A stretch of DNA of 62,157 nucleotides, counting the filler, from Nanobdellati archaeon (GTDB lineage Archaea > Nanobdellota > Nanobdellia > Woesearchaeales > JAADFO01): the NCBI GenBank assembly GCA_013152815.1. It is 8 parts of 8 records of this genome, joined end to end, with 100 filler letters (N's around TTAATTAATTAA, not from the genome) between each part and the next. Parts side by side here need not be neighbours in the genome. Positions count along the whole stretch, not along the records: positions 50,405 to 54,558 come from JAADFO010000047.1; positions 54,659 to 58,197 come from JAADFO010000049.1; positions 58,298 to 62,157 come from JAADFO010000055.1; 5 more parts are not named here. One strand, 5' to 3'. The translations under genes and the position numbers were made by a program. A model generated the notes under the pieces. It was not told the origin of the DNA, ran no database searches, and saw only the letters and a list, made by a program, of their open reading frames with translations. Below, in pieces: positions 50,405 through 59,207 of this stretch (position 1 is the first letter of the stretch; every line of letters starts with the position of its first letter).

Positions 50405-51364
50405 ATGGAATCCACCATCTGGACAGAGAAGTACAGGCCGAAGACCTTTGCTGACATCAGGGGCCAGAAGGACATCATCAAGAGGATCAGGGCCTTTGTC
50501 GAACAGCAGAACCTTCCGCACATGCTTTTCGCCGGACCGGCAGGAGTAGGCAAGTCCACCACTGCTTTGGTCATCGCAAGGGCCCTGTATGGCGAGCAGT
50601 TCAGGCAGAATTTTCTCGAGCTCAATGCGTCGGACGAGAGAGGCATCGATGTGGTGCGGGTGAAGGTCAAGGATTTTGCGAGGACCCGTTCCCTGGGAAA
50701 TGTGCCCTTCAAGGTCATCTTCCTTGATGAGTGCGATTCCCTCACCAAGGAAGCGCAGCAGGCATTGAGGAGGACCATGGAGAACTACACCCAGACATGC
50801 AGGTTCGTGCTTTCCTGCAACTATTCTTCCAAGATCATCGATCCTATCCAGAGCAGGTGTGCTGTATTTCGCTTCAAGCCTCTGGAAGAGAAAGAGGTCG
50901 AACAGATGATGGATACCATCGCGAAGAAAGAGTCGCTGAAGATCGATGCGTCGGCGAAGAAGGCGCTCTATGAGGTGAGCGGCGGGGACTGCAGAAGGAT
51001 GGAGAACATCCTGCAGGCCTGCGCTGCCCTGAAGAGCGATCTGACAGAGGATGACATCTACGGCATGGCATCGGTCGCGCGACCCAAAGAGATCGTCGAT
51101 GCCCTTTCTCTGGCAACAGAAGGGAAGTTCATGCCCGCGAGAGAGAAGCTTCTGGACACCATGCTCGCCTATGGGCTTTCTGGCCTGGATGTCATCAAGC
51201 AGGTCCAGAAAGGCATCTGGAAGCTGGAGATAGATGACCGGAAGAAGGTCGAGCTCATCGACAGGTGCGGTGAGGCAGAGTTCCGGATGGTGGAAGGGTC
51301 GGATGCCTATGTGCAGCTGGAAGCCTTCCTCGCCGCAGTCGTCAAGATAGGGTCAGATTCCTGA
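50405..51364 (+). CDS. rfcS: Replication factor C small subunit
   Basis: WTEKYRP, GPAGVGKS, ELNASDERG, LDECD and IQSRC motifs; no intein. Confidence 0.97.
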   Translation: MESTIWTEKYRPKTFADIRGQKDIIKRIRAFVEQQNLPHMLFAGPAGVGKSTTALVIARALYGEQFRQNFLELNASDERGIDVVRVKVKDFARTRSLGNVPFKVIFLDECDSLTKEAQQALRRTMENYTQTCRFVLSCNYSSKIIDPIQSRCAVFRFKPLEEKEVEQMMDTIAKKESLKIDASAKKALYEVSGGDCRRMENILQACAALKSDLTEDDIYGMASVARPKEIVDALSLATEGKFMPAREKLLDTMLAYGLSGLDVIKQVQKGIWKLEIDDRKKVELIDRCGEAEFRMVEGSDAYVQLEAFLAAVVKIGSDS

Positions 51365-51431
51365 TCACCCGCTGATTCTCAAAGAGAGAAGATCTCAGAG
51401 AAAAAAAAGAAAAGAAAAAAGAAGCCTCGTT

Positions 51432-52409
51432 CTAGCCTTCGTCCTCGATATGCCTCACCATGATCGGGACCGATTCGATCTCGCGGTAGTTGTAGATGAG
51501 GTTGATGTCGAGCGCCCGTTCGAAGTTGCCGGATACTGCGCCGGAGCTAAGTTCTGCGGTGCAGGAGATTGTCGCTTTCCCGTCGAAGAGCTTCACATAG
51601 CCGTCGTTCTGGCTCAGGCCGGGACAGCTGATGGTGCCCAGATTGCCGAGTCCTGAAAGGATGGAATCGCTCACCTTCACCTTGTCCTCGTTGGAGAACC
51701 GCGAATCGTCACAGACCGCTGCGCCGGCTTCGTTGGTGAAGATCTCGCCGGTCCCCACATGCTGGATCTGGAACGAGAAGGTCAGCTTGTTCTTGCCCAC
51801 CGCACTCTGCTTCAGGTTTTCTACCCTGATCGGTGCTCCAGAGCTTTCTGGATTCATGGCTCGGGTCACATCGCACACATCAGAAGCTCTCGGTCGGGTA
51901 AGAAGATCCGGTTTCAGGCAGAGTTTGGCTATGGCCTTGGTCTCATACTGATAGCAGAGGCTCGCGCTGATCTGGTAGGGCACAGAGCCGGTCAGCTGAT
52001 TGCCGGACCAGTGGAGGCCGAAGAAGTCCACGGTCATGATGGTCCCGGGGATGACATTGCCCTGTGGGTCGAGCCTGACACCATAGAGTGTCCCTGAAGG
52101 GTTCTGCACAGGATCAGCGAGGCTGAACTGCCCGGGGTCGATGCCTATAATCTGGACAGTTGCTTCTTCTGGTTCAACCTGGTATTCACCCAGGTTCTGG
52201 AGACGCAGGGAGACGTCGAAGACTGAATCAGAAGTATCGAATACTGTGGGCGGAGGAGCATTGCTCATGAAATCCATCTTGATCCCGTCGGTGCCTCCAT
52301 TGAAGGAACGTCCTGTGACCAATGACGGCGCGTCGGTGCCGCTGGAACATCCCGCCAAGAAGAGCATCAGTATGGCCAGGCCCGCTGTCAATATGATTCC
52401 GTATCTCAT
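51432..52409 (-). CDS. Lipoprotein-like surface protein
   Basis: LAGC lipobox, Cys pairs, beta-rich composition and AGGAGG RBS. Confidence 0.75.
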   Translation of the reverse strand: MRYGIILTAGLAILMLFLAGCSSGTDAPSLVTGRSFNGGTDGIKMDFMSNAPPPTVFDTSDSVFDVSLRLQNLGEYQVEPEEATVQIIGIDPGQFSLADPVQNPSGTLYGVRLDPQGNVIPGTIMTVDFFGLHWSGNQLTGSVPYQISASLCYQYETKAIAKLCLKPDLLTRPRASDVCDVTRAMNPESSGAPIRVENLKQSAVGKNKLTFSFQIQHVGTGEIFTNEAGAAVCDDSRFSNEDKVKVSDSILSGLGNLGTISCPGLSQNDGYVKLFDGKATISCTAELSSGAVSGNFERALDINLIYNYREIESVPIMVRHIEDEG

Positions 52410-52602
52410 CGTATCATCCTCCTTTTGTACCGCATACATGAGTTTTTAGTTTTTAATGAGTTTTTAAATATAAATATAAGTCCATCTATCTGCCTATACT
52501 TTGAAGAAGCATATATATAAAGATTGTGCTTTTAAATAGGCTGAGTTACCTCTGCTCAATCAAAAGTGTCAAGGAAGGAGAAATGAGGGTTCGACAGCAG
52601 TT

Positions 52603-54558
52603 TCAGGATGAAGAACAGCTCCGGACGACGGTTCCGCTGGTGGCATCATCGGCTATGCCTGTGAAAGAGCCGGTCATGGAAGGCGTGATGGACGAGTCAC
52701 TGGGGAACTTGACCCATCTCTTGTTGTTCCCGTTATCCCTTGTCGGGTTGAAGAAGCCGTCCCATGCCTCGATGGTGATCAGGAACTCTTCGTTGTTTGC
52801 AGAAGCGTCGGTCGCTCTATTATCAGGCACCCATGTGAAGGCATACACCGGAGGGGTGCGCGGGTAAGGCTGATCATCAGGATAGGTTTCCTTGGGAAGG
52901 AAACGGAGAGCGATCTGTTTCCCAGGATCTGCAGTGCAGTCCTTGAGCCTGTCTTTGATGGCTGCACTGTCGGCTTCATTCTTGCTGCTGAAGGAGACGC
53001 CTGTTATCGTGGGGAGATCCCCCTGCTCATCCTTGAACGTATTTTTTTCATCGGTGGTGAGTTTGTCCACAGCCTTCTTATCGGTATTGAGGATGAGATA
53101 TTCTTTCTTGTAGTCGGTCTTCTTTCCCTCCACAGTCACCTTGACGGCAAGGATGTCGTTGCAGTCGTCACGGATGTTGGCGGCAATAGGGACTGCAGTC
53201 TTGCTCACCAGGATGCCGCCCTCGTTCTGCTGGTTCTGCCGGGCCTGGTCCACGCCGAAAGGAGGCAGGGTCGGTTCGACGATGTCCACGACAGGCCCTG
53301 CTTGACAGCTGACCTTCTTCTGCATGTCTTCGGTGGTCTTGCGGCGGTAGTTGATCTTGGGGAAGGTGAGTTCCTGGGATTTTCCGTCGTAGAGGATGGG
53401 CGCTTCTCCTCCGAAGGTCGATAGGACATCTGCCTTTATCTGGTAGGGTCCGCCCTTCCAGTCTGTGTCTTCCATGTGCTGGATGAACTTGGCGCTCGGT
53501 TGTATAGACTTGCCGTCCTTGTCCCAGAGGGAGATGATGATGGTGCTGGTGCTGGCGACGTCACGGTTGAGGCCGATGGTGAGCTTATCGAAGGCTATCC
53601 ATGATACTTCATCAGTAGAAAGGAAAGGCAAGGGATCCTTCTCATCTTTTTCATCTGGATAGTGCAGATAGATGCCTTTCTGGTTGATATAGACCCATTT
53701 TGTCAGGGTGGTCGCCCTGTCGAAGGGATAGGATCTGCCTTCGGTGTCCGTGATCGTGAAGGTCATCTTTGCCCGCGCCACACCATTATCGACCGTCGCG
53801 TATTTGCCGCTGGTATCGACCACCCGGAAATCTCCTTCTATCGGCTCGAAATTCGTGTTCCTTTCTCCGAGCCATTCAGGGAAGGACAGGGCATAGAGGT
53901 TGTAGACCTGGCCGTCCTCTTCGCCAGGATCAATGCCGTAGAGGATGCTTCCGCTGAGCCCTGGCTTGTCTCCGATGGCCGGCCCCTGGTAGTTGATCCC
54001 CAGCTTGTCCTGGTAGTGGTTGTCGAGGGTGACGAGAGCGGCTGCGGTGTTCTGCGGCTTGAAATCATAGCTGGGCTGCAGCGGGCTGAGCTTGCTCTGC
54101 TGGGGGATGATCTTGAGGATGCCTGATTGGCTCGCATAGGGCGCCTGGCAGGTGATGCCTGAGATGAGGTCGAAATGGCATTCATAGCCGAGATTTCCAC
54201 GGTGGGCGATGTCCCAGGTGTATTCTTTCATCTTCTTCTGGCCGCTACGGACATCTCCCAGAGAGGTCAGCTGGAGGACGACCTCGTTGTACCAGTATTT
54301 GGCAGGATCGTCGACCCAGAAGTAGCGCTGGTCGAGCATCTCATCGTTCTTGCGCATGATCTTGGGAAGGAGGATGTTCGGGGTCCTCCGTTCATCTGCC
54401 GTCCTGCGGTTGCAGAACTCGTGGTACTGCTTCTGAGGATTGCAGCGGAGGAAGAGGTCCACCTTGGTGTCCTCTCCGGGAACGATGCCGACGTAGATGT
54501 TGTAGCCGATGGCCATGGTGCCGGTCAGGGGATTGTAGCCGAAGGGCCGTGAATCAGC
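52603..54558 (-). CDS. Large hypothetical (probably surface) protein, 5'-truncated by gap
   Basis: The frame stays open to the contig edge. Confidence 0.7.
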   Translation of the reverse strand, partial: ADSRPFGYNPLTGTMAIGYNIYVGIVPGEDTKVDLFLRCNPQKQYHEFCNRRTADERRTPNILLPKIMRKNDEMLDQRYFWVDDPAKYWYNEVVLQLTSLGDVRSGQKKMKEYTWDIAHRGNLGYECHFDLISGITCQAPYASQSGILKIIPQQSKLSPLQPSYDFKPQNTAAALVTLDNHYQDKLGINYQGPAIGDKPGLSGSILYGIDPGEEDGQVYNLYALSFPEWLGERNTNFEPIEGDFRVVDTSGKYATVDNGVARAKMTFTITDTEGRSYPFDRATTLTKWVYINQKGIYLHYPDEKDEKDPLPFLSTDEVSWIAFDKLTIGLNRDVASTSTIIISLWDKDGKSIQPSAKFIQHMEDTDWKGGPYQIKADVLSTFGGEAPILYDGKSQELTFPKINYRRKTTEDMQKKVSCQAGPVVDIVEPTLPPFGVDQARQNQQNEGGILVSKTAVPIAANIRDDCNDILAVKVTVEGKKTDYKKEYLILNTDKKAVDKLTTDEKNTFKDEQGDLPTITGVSFSSKNEADSAAIKDRLKDCTADPGKQIALRFLPKETYPDDQPYPRTPPVYAFTWVPDNRATDASANNEEFLITIEAWDGFFNPTRDNGNNKRWVKFPSDSSITPSMTGSFTGIADDATSGTVVRSCSSS

Positions 54559-54658
54559 NNNNNNNNNNNNNNNNNNNNNNNNNNNNNNNNNNNNNNNNNN
54601 NNTTAATTAATTAANNNNNNNNNNNNNNNNNNNNNNNNNNNNNNNNNNNNNNNNNNNN

Positions 54659-54689
54659 CACCGGGCACTCCTGACTGCCCTACCCCGCT
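54659..54689 (-). tRNA. 5' part of probable initiator tRNA-Met (truncated by gap before the anticodon)
   Basis: AGCGGGGTAGGGCAGTCAGGAGTGCCCGGTG has the A1 start and D-arm typical of archaeal tRNAi. TTTATAAA box at 54718-54725. Confidence 0.75.
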
Positions 54690-54777
54690 ACAGGTATCGT
54701 TCTGGAACCCGAGTCCGTTTATAAATGTTATCCTCGACAGCACAAGGTTTATACAGGAATATCATCTCCAGAGAGAC

Positions 54778-55452
54778 ATGGATACCAAGACCATCAGAAA
54801 ATGGCTCAGGAAGAACGCCTCTGAGAAGGACAGGCTCGGCATGATAAGATTCGGCATAAGATGCGAGAAAGGATATGGGGTGAGCATCTGGAAACTACGA
54901 AAGCTCGCCAAGGAGATCGGTAAAGACCACAAGCTATCGATGCAATTGTACAAACAAGCAGAGCATGAGATGAAACTCCTAGGATGTCTTGTTGCGGAAC
55001 CGGATAAGATGACCGAAAAACAGATGGACACCATCGTCAGAGGGTTCTATTCGTGGGACCTCTGCGACCAGTGGTGCAGCAATGTCCTCGACAAGACACC
55101 CTTCGCCTGGAAGAAAGCAAAGGAGTACGCCAGAGCAGATGATGAGTTTGTCCGACGTGCAGGCTTTGTCCTGATGTGTACCCTGGCAGTCCATGATAAG
55201 AAGAGGGATGACAGGGATTTTCTGCAGTTCTTCCCGTCCATCAGGAAGTATGCCTTCGATGAACGGAACTTTGTCAAGAAGGCAGTCAACTGGGCCATCC
55301 GGCAGATAGGCAAACGCAGCAGGTTCCTGAACAAGGAAGCCGTCAGGCTTGCTAAAGAAGTGAAGAAGCAGGATACGAAAGCGGCGAGATGGATAGCCGA
55401 TGGCGCATTGAGAGAACTGACATCTGAGAAGACTGTCGCCAGGCTGAAATAA
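54778..55452 (+). CDS. DNA alkylation repair protein (AlkD-like)
   Basis: SWDLCD, EFVRRAG, DERNFVKKAVNWAIRQIGKR motifs. Confidence 0.9.
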   Translation: MDTKTIRKWLRKNASEKDRLGMIRFGIRCEKGYGVSIWKLRKLAKEIGKDHKLSMQLYKQAEHEMKLLGCLVAEPDKMTEKQMDTIVRGFYSWDLCDQWCSNVLDKTPFAWKKAKEYARADDEFVRRAGFVLMCTLAVHDKKRDDRDFLQFFPSIRKYAFDERNFVKKAVNWAIRQIGKRSRFLNKEAVRLAKEVKKQDTKAARWIADGALRELTSEKTVARLK

Positions 55453-55576
55453 CAGAGGAACGTATCTGTCCAGCCAGACAAGCAGAAAGCAAAGGCGCGG
55501 TGAATGTTTCCGAGCGTGATACGAGCGCATGAAAGAAAGACATATAAATGGATGAGACTATTCTCCAGTAGTCACA

Positions 55577-57745
55577 ATGAAAAAAGGACCCTGGCCGGCA
55601 CACAATCTCGAAGAGAAGATAGCTGCGTTCAAGGACGAACCAGATACGCTCAAAGAGACCCTGGCCAGGTCCATGATATCTGAGAACGCGCATTACGTCA
55701 AGCTCGTCAAGAACCTCTTCACCCTGGAAGATTTTCTCCACATCCAGGAACGCACCATCGGCAAAGGACGGCTGGGAGGCAAGGCCACCGGGATGCTTCT
55801 CGGCTATAAGGCCATCGAGAAGGAGCAGGAGCTCTTCTCTCAGGACATCCGCATCCCTTCCTCGTGGTTCATCGGAAGCGAAGTGTTCAGCAATTTTCTC
55901 CATGACCCGGCACTCAGAAAATTTGAGTACATCAAGGACTTCGACGAGAGATTGCTCATTGATGATGCATTCTCCAATGAGTTTCTCGCCAGCTCCAGGA
56001 CAGTGGCATTCTCTGCACCCATCATCGCGCAGATAACTGACCTTCTGAGGGAAACTCAGGGACAGCCGCTGGTCATCCGTTCTTCTTCCTTGCTTGAAGA
56101 TGCCTATGGGACGTCCTTTGCCGGCATCTATGACAGCTATTTCCTGCCAAACACCTTCAATCAGCAGACCAACAAGAAGATGTTCATCGATGCCATGCGA
56201 CGGATCTACGCCTCGGTGTTCCGCACCAAGGCCATCGAGTATCGAAGGAACCATCGACAAGAAGGACTGCTGAAAGACTATGAAGCAATGGCCCTGCTGG
56301 TGCAGAAGGTCGTTGGAACCAGCTGGAAAAGCGAAGGCCATCATTACTTTGCACCTGTCTTCGCAGGGGTCGGGTTCTCCCATAATGATTATGCGTGGAA
56401 AGGAGCAAAGCCGAAAGACGGAGCAGTCCGTATCGCCCTCGGCCTTGGCACCGCAGCAGTTGACGTGGGAACAGAGGAGGACACCCCGTTCTACAGCGAC
56501 CTGACCCGCGAGACGGTCATCTTGGATGAGGATACGCTCAAGCAACGCCAGCGGAGCGTCCATCTGATCGATTTGGACGAGACCGATCTCGAGAAGGTGG
56601 TCAAGAAGATAAGGATAGACGACCTCGATGAAGCACTTCCCTATCTTGACGGCATCGAGGATGCCATCAGCGTCGAGCGAAAAGGGAAATTCTATCCTGC
56701 GACCAAAGCGATGTTCCCTGACATTTATCCGCTGATAACCTTTCAGAGATTTCCTGCTGCCTGGAAAGAGACCCTGAAGCTCATGCATCAGGTGATCGTC
56801 TTCTATCATGCCCGAGAGGACCTTCGCCACGAGCTGGATGTGCTCAAGTACAGGACAGCAGAGGAAGTGATGCCGTTGGTACCTACAGAGATGCAGAAGA
56901 AGATCGAAGAGGACAGGTTGGTTGCGATGGATACGGATCGCATGCATGAGTACCTGAACCGAAAAGGATATGCAGAAGATAAGACCAGACAGATTATCGG
57001 AAAGCTGGGTATCCTGATAGAAAGCAAGACAGCACTGGAATCCCTAGAGCGGTATCAGCACTTCAGGGAGACCGCAGAAGCTGTCCAAGACCGGACAATA
57101 CGCCGAATCATCCGCAGGAGCATGGAACGCCATGCCATCGACACCGAGTTTGCCAAGGCCAATGAGATGCTCTATCTGGTGCAGTGCCGGCCGCTCCGCA
57201 TCTACGATGAGCATGCCCTGGACAAGAACCTGGAAGACATCGCCGACCAGGACAAGTTCTTTGACGTTCCTTTTCGTGGACCGACCACCCAGCAGAAGAA
57301 CCGGTGGGTGATCTTTGTCGACGACGACGGGTATACGGCGCTTCCAATGCAAAAACGATATGCGCTCAAGGACAGCATATCCTCGATGAACGCCCGCATG
57401 AAAGAGGAAGGCTATCTCCTGCTCGTTCCAGGAAGGACAGGGACCCAGGAAGTGGAGCTGGGAATCCCCGTGGACTTCAAGGACGTGGACAACAGCAGGT
57501 TCATCATCGAGTACCCCCTCAAGCAACACGACCCGGAATTCTCCTTCATGTCCCATTTCGGCAAGAACATCATCGAGAAGCAGATCATCTATGCCATCAT
57601 CAAGGACGAACAGCTCTTCAGCAAGAAGCTCCTGAGAGAGCATGCGAAAGAGTCGCTCTATGACGGTGCCTTGCTTTTGATTGAGCTGCCCATGACCATC
57701 TACACCTCACGTGATAAGGAACGGATCATCGCTGAAAGGAGATAG
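55577..57745 (+). CDS. PEP/pyruvate-binding (PPDK_N-like ATP-grasp) domain protein
   Basis: IGKGRLGGKA, RSSSLLED, FAGIY, MALLVQ, GLGT, DTEFA and LVQCRP motifs. Confidence 0.85.
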   Translation: MKKGPWPAHNLEEKIAAFKDEPDTLKETLARSMISENAHYVKLVKNLFTLEDFLHIQERTIGKGRLGGKATGMLLGYKAIEKEQELFSQDIRIPSSWFIGSEVFSNFLHDPALRKFEYIKDFDERLLIDDAFSNEFLASSRTVAFSAPIIAQITDLLRETQGQPLVIRSSSLLEDAYGTSFAGIYDSYFLPNTFNQQTNKKMFIDAMRRIYASVFRTKAIEYRRNHRQEGLLKDYEAMALLVQKVVGTSWKSEGHHYFAPVFAGVGFSHNDYAWKGAKPKDGAVRIALGLGTAAVDVGTEEDTPFYSDLTRETVILDEDTLKQRQRSVHLIDLDETDLEKVVKKIRIDDLDEALPYLDGIEDAISVERKGKFYPATKAMFPDIYPLITFQRFPAAWKETLKLMHQVIVFYHAREDLRHELDVLKYRTAEEVMPLVPTEMQKKIEEDRLVAMDTDRMHEYLNRKGYAEDKTRQIIGKLGILIESKTALESLERYQHFRETAEAVQDRTIRRIIRRSMERHAIDTEFAKANEMLYLVQCRPLRIYDEHALDKNLEDIADQDKFFDVPFRGPTTQQKNRWVIFVDDDGYTALPMQKRYALKDSISSMNARMKEEGYLLLVPGRTGTQEVELGIPVDFKDVDNSRFIIEYPLKQHDPEFSFMSHFGKNIIEKQIIYAIIKDEQLFSKKLLREHAKESLYDGALLLIELPMTIYTSRDKERIIAERR

Positions 57746-57807
57746 TCAGGAGCAGCTCTCTTCTCTGAAGAAACCTTTAAAAAGGCCCTGAGAACCCATT
57801 GAACTCA

Positions 57808-57926
57808 TGCCGCGGGGGCATGCACAGGAACAGATTTCCTGGCATCCCAGAAGCTTCGCTTCTGAGGACATACTCAGCAACCAACAGACTATCGTGATCC
57901 GGTTGCTGGTCGCGCCCCCAGCAGCA
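57808..57926 (+). ncRNA. Candidate structured RNA (four-way junction) upstream of tRNA-Ser
   Basis: Closing stem GGGGGC/GCCCCC plus three internal hairpins; begins about 25 nt after a TTTAAAAA box. Confidence 0.5.
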
Positions 57927-57939
57927 ACGCAAAGCTTAT

Positions 57940-58023
57940 GCCGCGGTGGCACAATCTGGTACTGCGCAGGATTGCTAATCCTGTTTCCTTCGGGATATGT
58001 GGGTTCAAATCCCACCCGCGGCG
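57940..58023 (+). tRNA. tRNA-Ser(GCT)
   Basis: Acceptor stem GCCGCGG/CCGCGGC, anticodon arm CAGGA-TTGCTAA-TCCTG, long variable arm, GGTTCAAATCC, discriminator G; CCA not encoded. Confidence 0.95.
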
Positions 58024-58297
58024 TTCATTATCACAGGTGACCACAACATCACTAATATTTCTTTTTTGTGGTCACCCATAGTGACTCTGCGACGGTTACC
58101 GCCAGTGATTCTTAACAACGTGTTGAACCTCCCCAAGCTGCAGCGTTCGCTTCCTTACGAAGGAAAGATAAATTGCAGGGAAGAACAAGATACCTTGNNN
58201 NNNNNNNNNNNNNNNNNNNNNNNNNNNNNNNNNNNNNNNNNTTAATTAATTAANNNNNNNNNNNNNNNNNNNNNNNNNNNNNNNNNNNNNNNNNNNN

Positions 58298-58688
58298 ACG
58301 AACCACCATCAGAAAACACCAAACCAACACGATCCGTAGAAACAGAAACATTCCTATACGTAAAAAAACCAGTAAAAGAAGGAACGACGAAGAATCCGAG
58401 GCTGACAACGATGAGCAAGAGGACCGGCACTACCCATGACAGAGCCAGTGCAGGGAGGAGCGACTGTTGTTCCAAGGACGAGATTCTCGACTCATACCCC
58501 GAGATCCAGGATTCGACAGAACGGCCCATGAGAAAGTCTTTCTTTCGGGATACATACTCCTCATCAGACAAGATGTTATTCTCGTGCTGCTCTCGAAGAT
58601 ATATCAGCTGCTGCAGGAACATCGTCCGCGAAGCTTTGGCCTGCTTCAGCTCCTGCTTTTTCTGGCGATAGCTTAAAGGCGCATTCAT
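58298..58688 (-). CDS. Membrane-anchored protein, N-terminal part (truncated by gap)
   Basis: SHOCT-like cytoplasmic N-terminus, a TM helix, then an FTGF motif. Confidence 0.7.
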
Positions 58689-59002
58689 CGCTGCACCTCT
58701 TTTCCAGAGACCAGGTCAAGGTCAAGGGTGATGCGGTCAAAAACAAGCGAAGGAACTGCCTTCCTGCGGACATCCTTGGTATGGTGCAGTTCGACAAGAC
58801 CTTCTTTCTCGAGGATCTTGATATCAGTATGGACATTCTCGGCGCTCCTGTGCACAAGCTTGGCAAGGGCATAGATAGAATCAGGACGGTTGGCACGGAT
58901 AGACCGGATGAGCTCCATCCTTTTAGGGGTGAGGACAGTCCGGAATCGGTGGAATGAAAGAAAGCTGAAGCTAGAAAGGTCCTTGTCGTCACTATGTCTC
59001 AT
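58685..59002 (-). CDS. HVO_A0114-like HTH DNA-binding protein
   Basis: LTPKRMELI...SIYALAKLVHRS..NVHTDIKILEKEGLV. Confidence 0.8.
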   Translation of the reverse strand: MRHSDDKDLSSFSFLSFHRFRTVLTPKRMELIRSIRANRPDSIYALAKLVHRSAENVHTDIKILEKEGLVELHHTKDVRRKAVPSLVFDRITLDLDLVSGKEVQR

Positions 59003-59207
59003 CACTTTCTTTTCGTCCAACGGAAACACACTGTTTTCAGACCTGGCTCCATTTATATATGTAATATATTTAAATATATCTATTTTAATTATAAATATCC
59101 TCTCTGGAGCGTCTTCCTCAAGCAGAAGAGATGAAAAGAGCATCTCTCTTCAGGGAGACCAGAAGATGCGTCTGTGGACACCGACTGTCCCTTGCTTCTG
59201 ACCTACA

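Noticed and set aside
31215..58297. Recurrent TTAATTAATTAA within N runs, and gene adjacency across them
   Set aside because: Artificial contig linkers, not biological. ORFs in the track that run into X are artefacts.
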